A stretch of DNA of 64,000 bases from Takifugu flavidus (lineage: Eukaryota), in the NCBI RefSeq assembly GCF_003711565.1, contig NC_079534.1:9717991-9781990 (forward strand), written 5' to 3'. Below the pieces are notes generated by a model. The model saw only the letters and a list, made by a program, of their open reading frames with translations, was not told where the DNA came from and did not search any database. Of the stretch, positions 13,430-23,660 are shown piece after piece. Both the position numbers and the translations under genes were made by a program. Position 1 is the stretch's first letter. Every line of letters begins with the position of its first letter.

Positions 13430-14330
13430 TTACTCTTGCAAGAGGGGGAGAAATAGGACTGAGAGGGAGAACTTCTCTCTCCGTCTTTCTGTCAGTGTGG
13501 CTCTGAAAGAGACGGAGTCTAACGTGATGCCCAGACATTCTTTGCTGTGACGTGATCAGGCAACTCGGTGTGTAGTTTATTCTGAAATCCAGATGCGAAC
13601 CGGAATGATTTGCCAGCAATTCTTGGTACAGCTTGGAGTTTTGTGCTTCGAGAGTCTTGAGAGGGGTGATGGGGGTCATCCGAGGGGGAAGCTGAACAGA
13701 GACCATGACCTTGTGGTGCTGAAACCCGCCAATTCAGTGGGTGGAGTACCCCTTCTTCCTTTCAGAAGGATTAGAAGTTTTTTATATTTTTTTTAACAGC
13801 AAAGACAGTTTGGACCAGGGATGTCTCATCACTGGATCTTCCACACAAGCTGAGTGCGCAGGCGAGCTCTGGCAAAGACCTGGCGAGGCAGGTGCAGTGG
13901 ACAAGAAGCGGGTGTGTAGAGGAGGGAGAGGTTGAAAGCCTCTCCTTCCTGCTTCCTGAGGCCACTCATCTGTTTCAAGGTGTCACTGTTGGACCAGGTC
14001 AAACGTTGATGGTATTCCCCCCTGTCGATGAAGCTGGGCATATTCCACTGTAATGACCGTTCATCTGCCACAGCCAGACCCAGTGAGCCGCCGCAGTCCT
14101 GGACAGCTCCCCAGGATCTGTGGAGGATGATATCCGCAGTGGGGGGGTGATGGTGAGAAGCAATGGAAAGACTTCACCATCAGTCTGTTAGAGAGCGCTA
14201 GTTCCACCATGTTCACAACATCCAGCCCAAATGATTGACAGGCACCCTGTGACTCAGGGCTTTATCCCAGAAGCAATTAGCCTCTCTGAGGCAAGCTCGG
14301 ACCATGTCATTGCAGTGTTTTAACCAGAAA
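13430..14330 (-). mobile_element. Unclassified interspersed-repeat remnant with decayed ORFs.
   Basis: Minus-strand open frames (..ADERSLQWNMPSFIDRGEYHQRLTWSNSDTLKQMSGLRKQEG..) without splice structure, set in repeat-rich flanks. No confident family assignment. Confidence 0.25.
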
Positions 14331-14734
14331 ATTGATTGAGGAAAATTGACCAGATTCATACCTTTTTTTTCTTTTACTTGACTTCCTGCCAGCTTGATGT
14401 GATCACTTGCGGCTCACTCATAAAATACTGTACATCAGATGCTGAAACGAATTCTGCATGGTGTGCAAATGTCTAGTGCCCAGTGCTTCATGGAGCTTCG
14501 ACAGTGCAAGCCTGTCATGAGGCCATTGTGCAACAGGTTAAAGAGCAGCATTAACTTCTCTACTGTGCCCCGGTCATAAAGTTAGTCAAATCGGAGTCAA
14601 AGTTAGTCAAATTGTGTTGCAAGTTGACCATTAAGTGATGGCATGAACTGCTTAGTTACATCTTCAGTTGTAGAAAACAGCAGAAAAATGCTTTTTATGT
14701 CGCTGCATGTGATTTGCTTTTGTTTTTTTGGAAG

Positions 14735-14788
14735 GAATACGAAGATAATGAAATCAGCAGTGAATCTCTGACCAAAAACAGCATAAAG
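14735..14788 (+). CDS. Repeat-gene exon (EYEDNEISSESLTKNSIK).
   Basis: Pyrimidine tract plus AG. GTGACT donor. 54 nt. Carries the SESL..NS.K motif. Confidence 0.45.
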
Positions 14789-14862
14789 GTGACTTATATT
14801 TACAAAAAGGTGCAGCATTTTTCTATTTTCAGTGGGCACTCATTATCTGATATATGTTTCAG

Positions 14863-14931
14863 GAAAAAAGTATATTTGGGGGGATGTTGAAGAAGACTCC
14901 CAAACCTGCAGAAACTACTTCCTCTGATGAG
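14863..14931 (+). CDS. Repeat-gene exon, basic module (EKSIFGGMLKKTPKPAETTSSDE).
   Basis: tgtttcag acceptor. GTAATG donor. 69 nt. Confidence 0.55.
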
Positions 14932-15263
14932 GTAATGACATTATTTAGCACAATATGACTGTGTTTTATCATTGGTCATAGTCATATCTGAACTAAGCAA
15001 GGATAATTGGAATAAATTGGAAATGTAAAAGTGACATGTGACTGAAGTGCCAACTTTAGTTTGGGGTTCACAAAATGTCAGAGCAAGCATTAACAATTTT
15101 AAATTATAAATAATGTGAAAGGTTTCATATAGCAATTGTAAATCACTGATGACCTTTTTATGAAAAAATTCTGAAAACAAGCTTTTATCAAGCACTGACA
15201 ATTTAAAAGAGAATAAATTGGTATGTCCTGGTTTATTACAAAATAATAATAAAATACTTTCAG

Positions 15264-15341
15264 GAGCTGGTTCAGGAGGTGAAGACTGAAAATAAGTTAA
15301 CTGGTAGCAGTGAAACGCTGTCAAATGCCAATGTCTCAAAG
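15264..15341 (+). CDS. Repeat-gene exon (ELVQEVKTENKLTGSSETLSNANVSK).
   Basis: ctttcag acceptor. GTACAA donor. 78 nt. Confidence 0.55.
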
Positions 15342-16408
15342 GTACAACAAACTCACACACACATACACACACACACCTCTACACGCATAGACACACAAAC
15401 ACTCACAGGCATCACCTACATCAGGGGTGGCCACACTTTTTCAGCATGCGAGCTACTTTTCAAATGACCAAGTCAAGAAGATCTACCAACTATAAATTTG
15501 CAAAACATACATTTATTCATAAATATATTGAGAATTCTTTATATGATCCATATATGTTGGTGTACCTCACATAACTACATGAATCCATATTGCTCAATAC
15601 AAATCTGTGCAAAATGTTTTTTGTCAAAAAACATTTTTTCAGCATGCGAGCTACTTACAAAATGACCAAGTCAAAATGATCTGCCCACCCCAAAAATGCA
15701 AAACATCTAATTATTTTCAAATGTATTGAGGATTCTGTATGTACAATGTATGCTGATGTACCTTGCATAACCGAATGAGCCAATATTGCAAAACACACAT
15801 AACAATTAACTAATTGGCTTAAAATCAGAGGTAATTCGCTGAATAGCTTAGTGCCGTTGTTTGCGCTTGATTGGTCACCTGAATGTCAAATTCAGTTGTC
15901 ATCTAACTGGCTGCCCTGTATATCAGTCAAGTGACGGGATGAATGATAGGCTGATATTTTTTAATGTCATGCTGCGATCGACCAGTACTACCTCCGTGAT
16001 CAACCGGTAGATCGCAATCGACGTAAGGAGCACCCCTGACCTACATCCATTCCCATAACCCAATCCTGAAAGTGGTACACAGAGAACAAGAATTAGACTG
16101 GTCCACACTGGCCGTGGGTAGGGCTGAGATGGTTGGTGCAGAGAATCTGGGCTCTCAAGGGCACAAAAACCCTGTCTGCTCACTCCATCAGTTTTGCAAC
16201 ATTTGTATGAATGTTACCAGAGATTATAGATCTACAAATTTCTACTTCTATCAGTCTTATCAATAAATACAAATGAACTTCTTCCATTAGCAGGCTGATG
16301 GTTGCACCTTGCTGCACAGTCACTGTATCTATATTCAGGAGGACTGTCTTTGATTGTACATTGACATTTTACCCTATTATAAAATATTTGTCCTGTCTAT
16401 CTTGTCAG

Positions 16409-16483
16409 GAGAAAGGTGGAAGTTTGTTCAGCGGACTTTTGAAAAAGACTCCCAAACCATCTGAGAAAACATCAGATTTTGCT
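16409..16483 (+). CDS. Repeat-gene exon, basic module (EKGGSLFSGLLKKTPKPSEKTSDFA).
   Basis: cttgtcag acceptor. GTAATT donor. 75 nt. Confidence 0.5.
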
Positions 16484-16575
16484 GTAATTTCATGCTTATT
16501 TGCTATGCAGTGAGAGTTTTTTCATGTGTAATGTGTTATTCTCTTTTTCATGAGACTTTTCTCTTTGTATTTCAG

Positions 16576-16662
16576 AACAGAGAGGCCCTGAGAGAGCTCT
16601 CAGCAAGCAATGAGGACTTGACTGCAAGCGAAGATGACTTGTCAGAAAAAAGCAACACCAAG
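16576..16662 (+). CDS. Repeat-gene exon, acidic module (NREALRELSASNEDLTASEDDLSEKSNTK).
   Basis: tatttcag acceptor. GTGAGG donor. 87 nt. Confidence 0.55.
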
Positions 16663-16743
16663 GTGAGGGGCAGAATGCAGCAAAATCGGGACACAAATGT
16701 CTTCAGTTGCAGGATTCACGGACTTTTCTTGTTTTGTTTGTAG

Positions 16744-16811
16744 GATAAAAATTTTTTAGCAACATTTTTAAGAAACCACAGAAAAAAGCATTGGATTCTG
16801 CAGCAGGGAAG
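16744..16811 (+). pseudogene. Frameshifted copy of the DKNIFSNIFKKPQK module exon. It is 68 nt, whereas the paralogous exons are 69 nt.
   Basis: Identical to the exons at 26967-27035 and 27948-28016 except for a 1-nt deletion in the aaaaat(a)ttttt run, which introduces an in-frame stop. Splice sites are intact. Confidence 0.45.
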
Positions 16812-16891
16812 GTGACTGGCTAAAATTGAACTAATGTAGCTCTATTGAGTGATGTTGCAGTGATAGTTATTGTCTGTTTTGTTGGATTGAG

Positions 16892-16963
16892 GAGCTGGAG
16901 GTAAAGACTGAAAATGAGTTATCTGGTAGCAGTGAGAAGCTGTCGGATGCAAATGTCTCAGAG
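16892..16963 (+). CDS. Repeat-gene exon ([24 protein letters not shown]).
   Basis: AG acceptor. GTACAG donor. 72 nt. Confidence 0.5.
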
Positions 16964-18699
16964 GTACAGCAATCTTTCTCTCACACCCACACGTGGACAC
17001 ACAAACACTCACAAGCATACACACCTACATCCATTCCCATAACCCAATCCTGAAAGTGGTACAGAGAGACCAGGAATTAGACTGGTCCAAACTGGCCGTG
17101 GGTAGGGCTGAGATGGTTGGTGCAGAGAATCTGGGCTCTCAAGGCCACAAAAACCCTGTCTGCTCACTCCATCAGTTTTTCAGAACTTGTGTTGTGAACT
17201 GCAGATGCACACTGAACCCCAAAGGTAGTTACACACACATGACGGAATTAGGTGTAAGTATTTTAGTGAGATTTGTCAATGGAAATTCACAGTTCACAAA
17301 AGTATAAGTCAACAGGGAGTTTGCAGTAGGCTGGGCAAGACGGGCAGTCTTTTGAAGCAGAAGGCAGGTGAGAAGATTAACCAGAGATGAGTCGCAGGTG
17401 TGTAATTGGTACACAGGGATGATCCAGGAAGCAGCCCTGTCCATCCTGAAAATAGACACAGAGTGGAAAGGTTGACAAGAAACAGAAGGGAGGGGCAGAG
17501 GGAAAACACTTGGAAGGAGGGGACAGAGAACTGGTGGAAAACTGGGAACTTTTAAACTTTTAACTGGAAAAAGTTGAAGTTCGGGTGGATCTTCATGGAC
17601 TCAAATGGATGGCAGAGGGGTTTATACTTTTTTTGATGGGGACGGGACCAATAAAGCGGGAAGAAACTTTACAGGACTTGTTGGCCAACTGAATGTTATG
17701 GGTGGACAACCAGACCTACTGACGTGGTTGGTAGAATGGAGCTTGTTGACAGTTGTGGTTGGCTGAGCGGTGGAAGTTGGAGTTGTGCGTGTGCTCCAGA
17801 GCCAACCTTGTAGCTTGCCAAGCCTTCCAAACCCTCTCAATAAACTGCTTCATGGATGGAACCGCAATCTCTCACTCCTGGAAGGAGAGACAGGGAGGCT
17901 GGGTGGTGGGAAGTTTAGGCAGAGCAAGGACGTGTGCGGTCTTTGAGGGATCCAGGGAAAACTGGATCATGGTGTGCAAAGATAATCTCTTTGTGGACTG
18001 GATGTAAACAAGATTCTTGTGGTCCATCCAAGCCACATAGTGTTGCTCTGCACTTTCCAGCAGGTGTCACCACTCCTCCAATGCGAACTTAATAGCCCGT
18101 AGCTCACAGTTTCCCACATCATAATTACACTCCGTGGATGTGAACCTACAAGGGAAAAAAAGGCACATGGATGGAGATGTTTATCGGTACCAGAGTACTG
18201 GGACAACATGGTCCCAACATCCGAGGCCTGGGGTCAAGTTGCATGAGGACCAGTGATGTGGAGAACAGAATCTTTAGCTTCTCAAAGGCTTCATCTTCCT
18301 TAGGAGACTAGCAGAAACTCACTTCTGTCAAAGTGAGTCTCAGGAGAGGTGAACCCTACTGTAGGAGTTGGTAAAGAAAACAATACAACTCCTTCCAATT
18401 TGCCGGGATCGGCCACTCTACCACTGCTCTGATCTTCTCTGGGTCTGTCATCATCCTACCACTCTGGATAATTCAGTTAAGGAAGGGAACAAAGTTAGCA
18501 TGAAAATCTTAATTTCTCCACTTTAACAAATAATTTGCTTTCCAGTAATCTTGCTAAAACCTGTTGCACATGGCCTACATGTTCCTTCATGCTCTAAAAG
18601 AAAATCAGAGAGCGGTTCAGAAAATCTCACAGAACATCATTACTTAGCACCTGAAATACTGCCGGGGGAATGGTGAGTCCAAACGGCATGACCAGATAC

Positions 18700-19810
18700 T
18701 CACAGTGGCCTAATGGGGGTGTTGAATGCCGTTTTCCATTCATCGCCCTTCGTTTCATTTCGTTTTCTCCCGCTTATCAGAGTCCGGGTCGCGGGGGCAG
18801 CAGCTTCAGGAAGGATGCCCAGACAGCCCTCTCCCCGGCCACTTTCATCAGTTCCTCCGGGGGGACCCCCAGCCACTCCCAAGCCAGGCGAGAGATGTAA
18901 TGCTTCCCCCTAGTCCTGGGCCAGCCACAAGGCCTCCTCCCGGGGGGACATGTCTGGAACACCTCTAAAGGGAGGTGTCCAGAACTCATCCTGCCCAGAT
19001 GCCCAAGCCACCCCAACTGACTCCTCTCGATGTGGAGAAGCAGTGGTTCCACTCCGAGCTCCTCCCGGGTGTCTGAGCTTCTCACCCTATCTCTAAGGTT
19101 GAGCCTGGCCACCTTGCGGTGCAAACTCATTTTGGCTGCTTGTAACCGCGACCTCATTCTTTCGGTCATCACCCAACGTTGATGGCCATAGGTGAGGATT
19201 GGGACGTAGATCGACCGGTAAATTGAGAGCTCGGCCTTCCGGCTCAGCTCCTTCCTCATCATGACTGATCGGTTAAGCGCCGCATCACGTCTGACGCTGC
19301 TCCGATCCGCCTGTCGATCTCCCGTTCCACCCTACCCTCACTCGTAAACAAGGTCCCCAGATACTGGAACTCCTCCACCTGAGGCAGGACCTCTTCCCCG
19401 ACCCGGAGAAGTCACTCTACCTTTTTCCAAGCGAGGACCATGGACTCTGACTTGGAGGTGCTGATCCACATCGCTGCCGCTTCACACTCGGTCGTGAACC
19501 TCCCCAGCATGTGTTGGAGGTCCCTGCTCGATGGTGCCAGAAGAACTACGTTATCCGTAAAAAGCAGCGACGAGATCTCCCGCCCACTGAACTCGACACC
19601 CTCCACTCCCCGGCTGCGCCTAGAAATTCTGTCCATAACAGTTATGAACAGAACCGGTGACAAATGGCAGCCCTGGCGGAGTCCAACCCTCACTGGGAAC
19701 GCGTCCAACTTACAACCGGCTATCCGGACCAAGCTCCTCTTCCTTCGGTACAGGGACTTCTGCTCTGGAAATTGGATGGTCCACCTCCTGGTCTCCCGAC
19801 TCTGTTCCAC
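18700..19810 (-). mobile_element. L2/Rex-type non-LTR retrotransposon, RT and C-terminal domain (3' part of an element split by a later insertion).
   Basis: ORFs GLRQGCHLSPVLFITVMDRISRRSRGVEGVEFSGREISSLLFTDNVVLLA and ..YRSIYVPILTYGHQRWVMTERMRSRLQAAKMSLHRKVARLNLRDRVRSSDTREELGVEPLLLHIERSQLGWLGHL.. . Confidence 0.75.
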
Positions 19811-20754
19811 CTTGTACTGAGACCTGGCTTCAGGAGGATTATGTTAGCTTAAATGAATCTACTCCTCCTACCCATCTTAATTATCACATTCCTCGTGTTA
19901 CTGGTCGAGGAGGGGGAGTGGCAGCAATCTATCACTCCAAGTTATTAATTAATCCTAGACCAAAACATGACTCCAGTTCATTTGAAAGCCTGACTCTTGG
20001 CATCACCCATCTGAGGTGGAAGACAGAAAAGCCACTTTTGTTTGTAGTTGTATATCGGCCCCCTGCTGAGCCACATTCAGAGTTCCTTTCTGAGTTCTCT
20101 GATTTCTTATCTGATTTGGTCCTTAGAACGGACAAAGTCATTATTATTGGAGACTTTAATATCCATGTAGACGTTGTAAATGACAGCTTTAGAAATGGCT
20201 TCATTTCTTTACTTGAGTCAGTTGGTTTCCTCCAGCAGATAAACCAACCAACTCATAGCTTCAACCACACCTTAGATCTAGTTCTGACTTATGGTGTTGA
20301 GGTAGAACACGTGTCAGTGTTCCCTCAGAACCCACTCCTGTCAGATTAAGATTAAGATTAAGATGTACTTTATTCATCCCCGGTTGGGAAATTGAATTGT
20401 AGTAGCAACCTATACAAATATAAGTATAACAGAATAAATAAATACAGATAAGATTAGAACGTTATAAGCATATATACACAGCATATATTATAAGCATATA
20501 TATATATAATATATACATATTATAAGCATTATAAGCATATATACATAAATATAGAACAAAATAGAAATAAAATTACAACATAAACATTACCCAATTCCTC
20601 ATAAACATTACACAAGATCATTCTATGATCACTTTTACATTTATGATTAAGGATTCTTCTATCCTCAGAGCACAGTCTTACTATAGCAGATGTCTTTCAG
20701 ATAATGCTGTAGCTAAGTTTAAGGAAGCAATCCCTGTGCTAATCCCAGGACCAC

Positions 20755-21845
20755 TGGGCCAGATTCACGAAGCGTTCTTACGAACAAATTTGTTCTTAAG
20801 TCCCACTTACGAACAGTTGACGAAGATTGTGGCATTCACCAATTTCTTCTTATCCTGGATTTATTCGTAGGTAAGAACAAATCCTACGAACACTCAGGAG
20901 TACTCTTGCGCACATTTCAGTGCCGACATGTTGGCATGGTTGTGTTTTCTTCTCTTGTGCAGTTCAATAAAATTCAATATTACAATGATAATTCTGTCAT
21001 ATTTATTTATTTATTTGTTTATTTCCTATTTTTGGTGATTTACGGAGAATTTTAAAATTACGTAAATGTGCCAATGACTTAACATTAATCAACCAAATTG
21101 GAAACCATGCCAAAACTGTCTTTTTATTTGATTTTATCTTGATTTATTTTATTAGGGGATCAAGGATATGCCCTGGCTCCCTGGTTGTTGACACCACTGA
21201 CCAACCCTCAGACTCCACAGGAGTTTTATTCAATCAGATGCATGCGCGCAGTCGCTCCACCATTGAACGCACCATCGGCATGTTAAGGGGCGCTGGATGT
21301 GTTTGGACACAGAGCCACAACCCCGTGAGGATGTGCGTCCTGACGCAATGATGGGGCCAGACTGCAGGCACGCGGTTCACGTTCGAGCGCGATTAATTGC
21401 CCGTTTGTGAATAAAATGCATTATTGTCACAATCCGAGCACAGCTTTTACACGTTTATTTTTTTTTTACATTCTTCTTTTTTTTACATTCTCGTTGATTT
21501 CTTTAAGCGTGTTGGCTATAGTCATCAGGGTTGAGGCAATTTTATCAAGCGTGTTAGCCATCCTTTCTTTATTGTTCAACACGGCGTCAGAAATCAGGCG
21601 TGGAGAGGCAAGCTTTGGGCATTTCGCTTTGGGCATTTGGCTGCTTTTTGCTCTGTCTACAGGGTCCTGCTGCAGTTCCTTTTATGGGCATTAGTGGGCG
21701 GTGACTTATGCTAATCGTATGTTAATTAGACTCACCTGGCACGCGCTTTCAATTTACGAACAGATGGCATTCATCAATCTAAGAACACAGCTGCGAACAA
21801 TTCTGGGGCTTACGAACGCGTTGATGAATCCGACGTAGGGTTTTC
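20755..21845. mobile_element. Harbinger/PIF-like non-autonomous DNA transposon nested in the L2.
   Basis: Imperfect TIRs: attcacgaagcgttcttacgaac (left) and gcttacgaacgcgttgatgaat (right, reverse complement). Internal fragment ..IERTIGMLRGAGCVW.. resembles the Harbinger transposase C-terminus. Flanked by AT-rich microsatellites. Confidence 0.4.
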
Positions 21846-22786
21846 TTAGTTAGTGAAACTCCAGACTTGTCTTAAAGACATAAAGTCCTGGATGTCTTCA
21901 AATTTCCTCCTCCTTAACCCGGGAAAAACTGAGGTCATGGTGTTTGGTCCTGAACCTCTCAGGGATAGATTAGATCACATGATCACTCTAGATGGTATCT
22001 CATTAGCATTTAGTCTCTCTGTGAGGAATCTTGGAGTAACTTTTGATCAAAATCTCTCCTTCACCTCACACATTAAATTAGTCTCTCGAAGTGCCTTTTT
22101 TCACCTGAGAAACATCACAAAGATCAGGAAACTACTGACACGGCATGATGCTGAAAAGTTAGTCCATGCATTTGTTACTTCCAGGCTGGACTATTGTAAT
22201 TCTTTATTATCAGGGTGTCCAAACAACTCTTTAAGAAGCCTCCAGTTGATCCAAAATGCTGCAGCCAGAGTTCTGAAAGGTATTGACAAGAGATCACATA
22301 ACATAACTGGCATCTCTTCATTGGCTGCCCGTTAAATTTAGAATAATTTTTAAAACCCTTCTTTTGACCTACAAGGTCCTCAGAGGCCTAGCTCCATCCT
22401 ACCTGGAGGAGCTAGTGACACCTTACCAGCCCAATAGACCGCTCCGCTCTCAGAATGCTGGTCCACTTGTGGTTCCCAGAGTCTCTAGGAGTAGAATGGG
22501 GGCCGAGCATTGAGCTACCAGGCCCTCCTGCTATGGAACCAGCTCCCTGTCCAGGTACGGGAGGCTGACTCCATCTCTACTTTTAAGATCAGACTTAAAA
22601 CCTACCTCTTTAAAAAAGCTTATTGTTACTAATTCTGCAGTTCCAGTTACTATCATAGACAGACAAACTGTCATACTTAGGGGGTCGTCTAATCATTAGT
22701 TTAACATCTTAGCTATGCTGTTATAGGCCAAGGCTGCCGGGGTCCAGAAACATGATCACCTGACAGGCCTCTGTCACCCCGGTCAT

Positions 22787-22890
22787 GGTTTCCTCTCCTC
22801 TCCTCTCCTCTCCTCTCTCCTCTCCTCTCCTCTCCTCTCCTCTCCTCTCCTCTTCCTCTTCCTCTTCCTCTTCCTCTTCCTCCTCCTCTT
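22787..22890. repeat. (CCTCT/CTCTT)n microsatellite.
   Basis: Seen directly in sequence. Confidence 0.9.
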
Positions 22891-22927
22891 CAAGTAGACT
22901 AGTTATGTTGATTCTTGTGTAGTTTTT

Positions 22928-22930
<3 letters not shown>

Positions 22931-22966
<36 letters not shown>
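22931..22966. repeat. Poly-C homopolymer, 36 nt.
   Basis: Seen directly in sequence. Confidence 0.95.
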
Positions 22967-23087
22967 TTCTGTATTCATTTACAGGTATCTCCGCCTTCGG
23001 AGCTGTGTGATGACCTCCGGCCCCGCTGACCCACTCGGCTGGCGGCTTGCATAAATAGTGTATTTTTGTATGTGTTTCTGTCCTCTG

Positions 23088-23172
23088 TGCCTCTCCTCTC
23101 CTCTCCTCTCCTCTCCTCTCCTCTCCTCTCCTCTCCTCTCTCCTCTCCTCTCTCCTCTCCTCTCCTCTCCAT
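23088..23172. repeat. (CTCCT)n microsatellite.
   Basis: Seen directly in sequence. Confidence 0.9.
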
Positions 23173-23399
23173 TCCATCCTCTACCTCTCCTCCCCCCTCT
23201 CCTCTCTCTCTACCCAGCCGGCCATCAGCAGGAGGGTCCCCCTACATGAGCCTGGTCCTGCTCTAGGTTTCTTCCTGTTAAAGGGGAGTTTTTCCTTGCC
23301 ACTGTTGCTTGTTGGGGGTTAGGCCCCAGTAATCTGGAAAGCGCCTTGAAACAATTTGGATTGTATAAGACGCTATATAAATAAAGATTGATTTGATTT

Positions 23400-23660
23400 G
23401 TTGATACATGTTGGTAGGATTGAAGAGCTCCTGGAATTATTCCTTCCACCGCCGGATACTTGCCCCAGGAGATATCAGCTGCTCCCCACCCACACCTAGT
23501 GCAGTGTGAGTGAGTTGCCGCCTGCCGCCCCTAAGGCGCAGGACAGTTTGCCAGAATCTTCTCAGTGCCGACCGAAAGTCTTCCTCCATAGTCTCACCAA
23601 ACTCCTCCCACGCCCGAGTTTTTGCCTCTGCGACTGCCGAGGCCGCTTCGCCAGCCTGTA
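23400..23660 (-). mobile_element. Upstream (pre-RT) part of the same minus-strand LINE, separated from 18700-19810 by the plus-strand L2 insertion.
   Basis: Minus-strand translation EAKTRAWEEFGETMEEDFRSALRRFWQTVLRLRGGRQ..IRRWKE.FQELFNPTNMY, typical of the ORF2 region preceding the RT in teleost L2-like LINEs. Confidence 0.55.

Larger units (their letters stand above)
19810..23400 (+). mobile_element. L2-type LINE on the plus strand: endonuclease (APE) domain, internally deleted RT, and a canonical 3' tail. Microsatellites are expanded in its 3' UTR.
   Basis: APE ORF at 19657-20349 (PCTETWL..GRGGGVAAIYHS..IIGDFNIHVD). RT C-terminus at 21853-22335 (LLNPGKTEVMVFGP..LQLIQNAAARVL). Tail ..PLVVPRVSRSRMG..LWNQLPV.. 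. 3' end ..gcgccttgaaacaatttggattgtataagacgctatataaataaagattgatttgatttg at 23340-23400. Confidence 0.75.

Noticed and set aside
13227-13706. 159-aa minus-strand ORF containing an IYLSIYLS run.
   Set aside because: It spans the (GATA)n microsatellite. It has no splice context and no homology.
16040-16210. 150-bp element (..gtacagagagaccaggaattagactggtcca.actggccgtgggtagggctgagatggttggtgcagagaatctgggctctcaaggccacaaaa.ccctgtctgctcactccatcagtttt) recurring at 16040, 17035, 26275, 27255 and 28300. It was considered as a conserved regulatory element or ncRNA.
   Set aside because: It recurs only as part of the tandem genomic unit, so it is co-duplicated intronic sequence. No structure or coding signal could be supported. 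It may be a SINE or MITE fragment.
22721-23266. ORFs encoding poly-Glu, poly-Gly, RGEER repeats or SPLLSSPLL repeats.
   Set aside because: These are translations of (CTCCT)n, (CCTCT)n and poly-C microsatellites in the L2 3' region on both strands, not genes.
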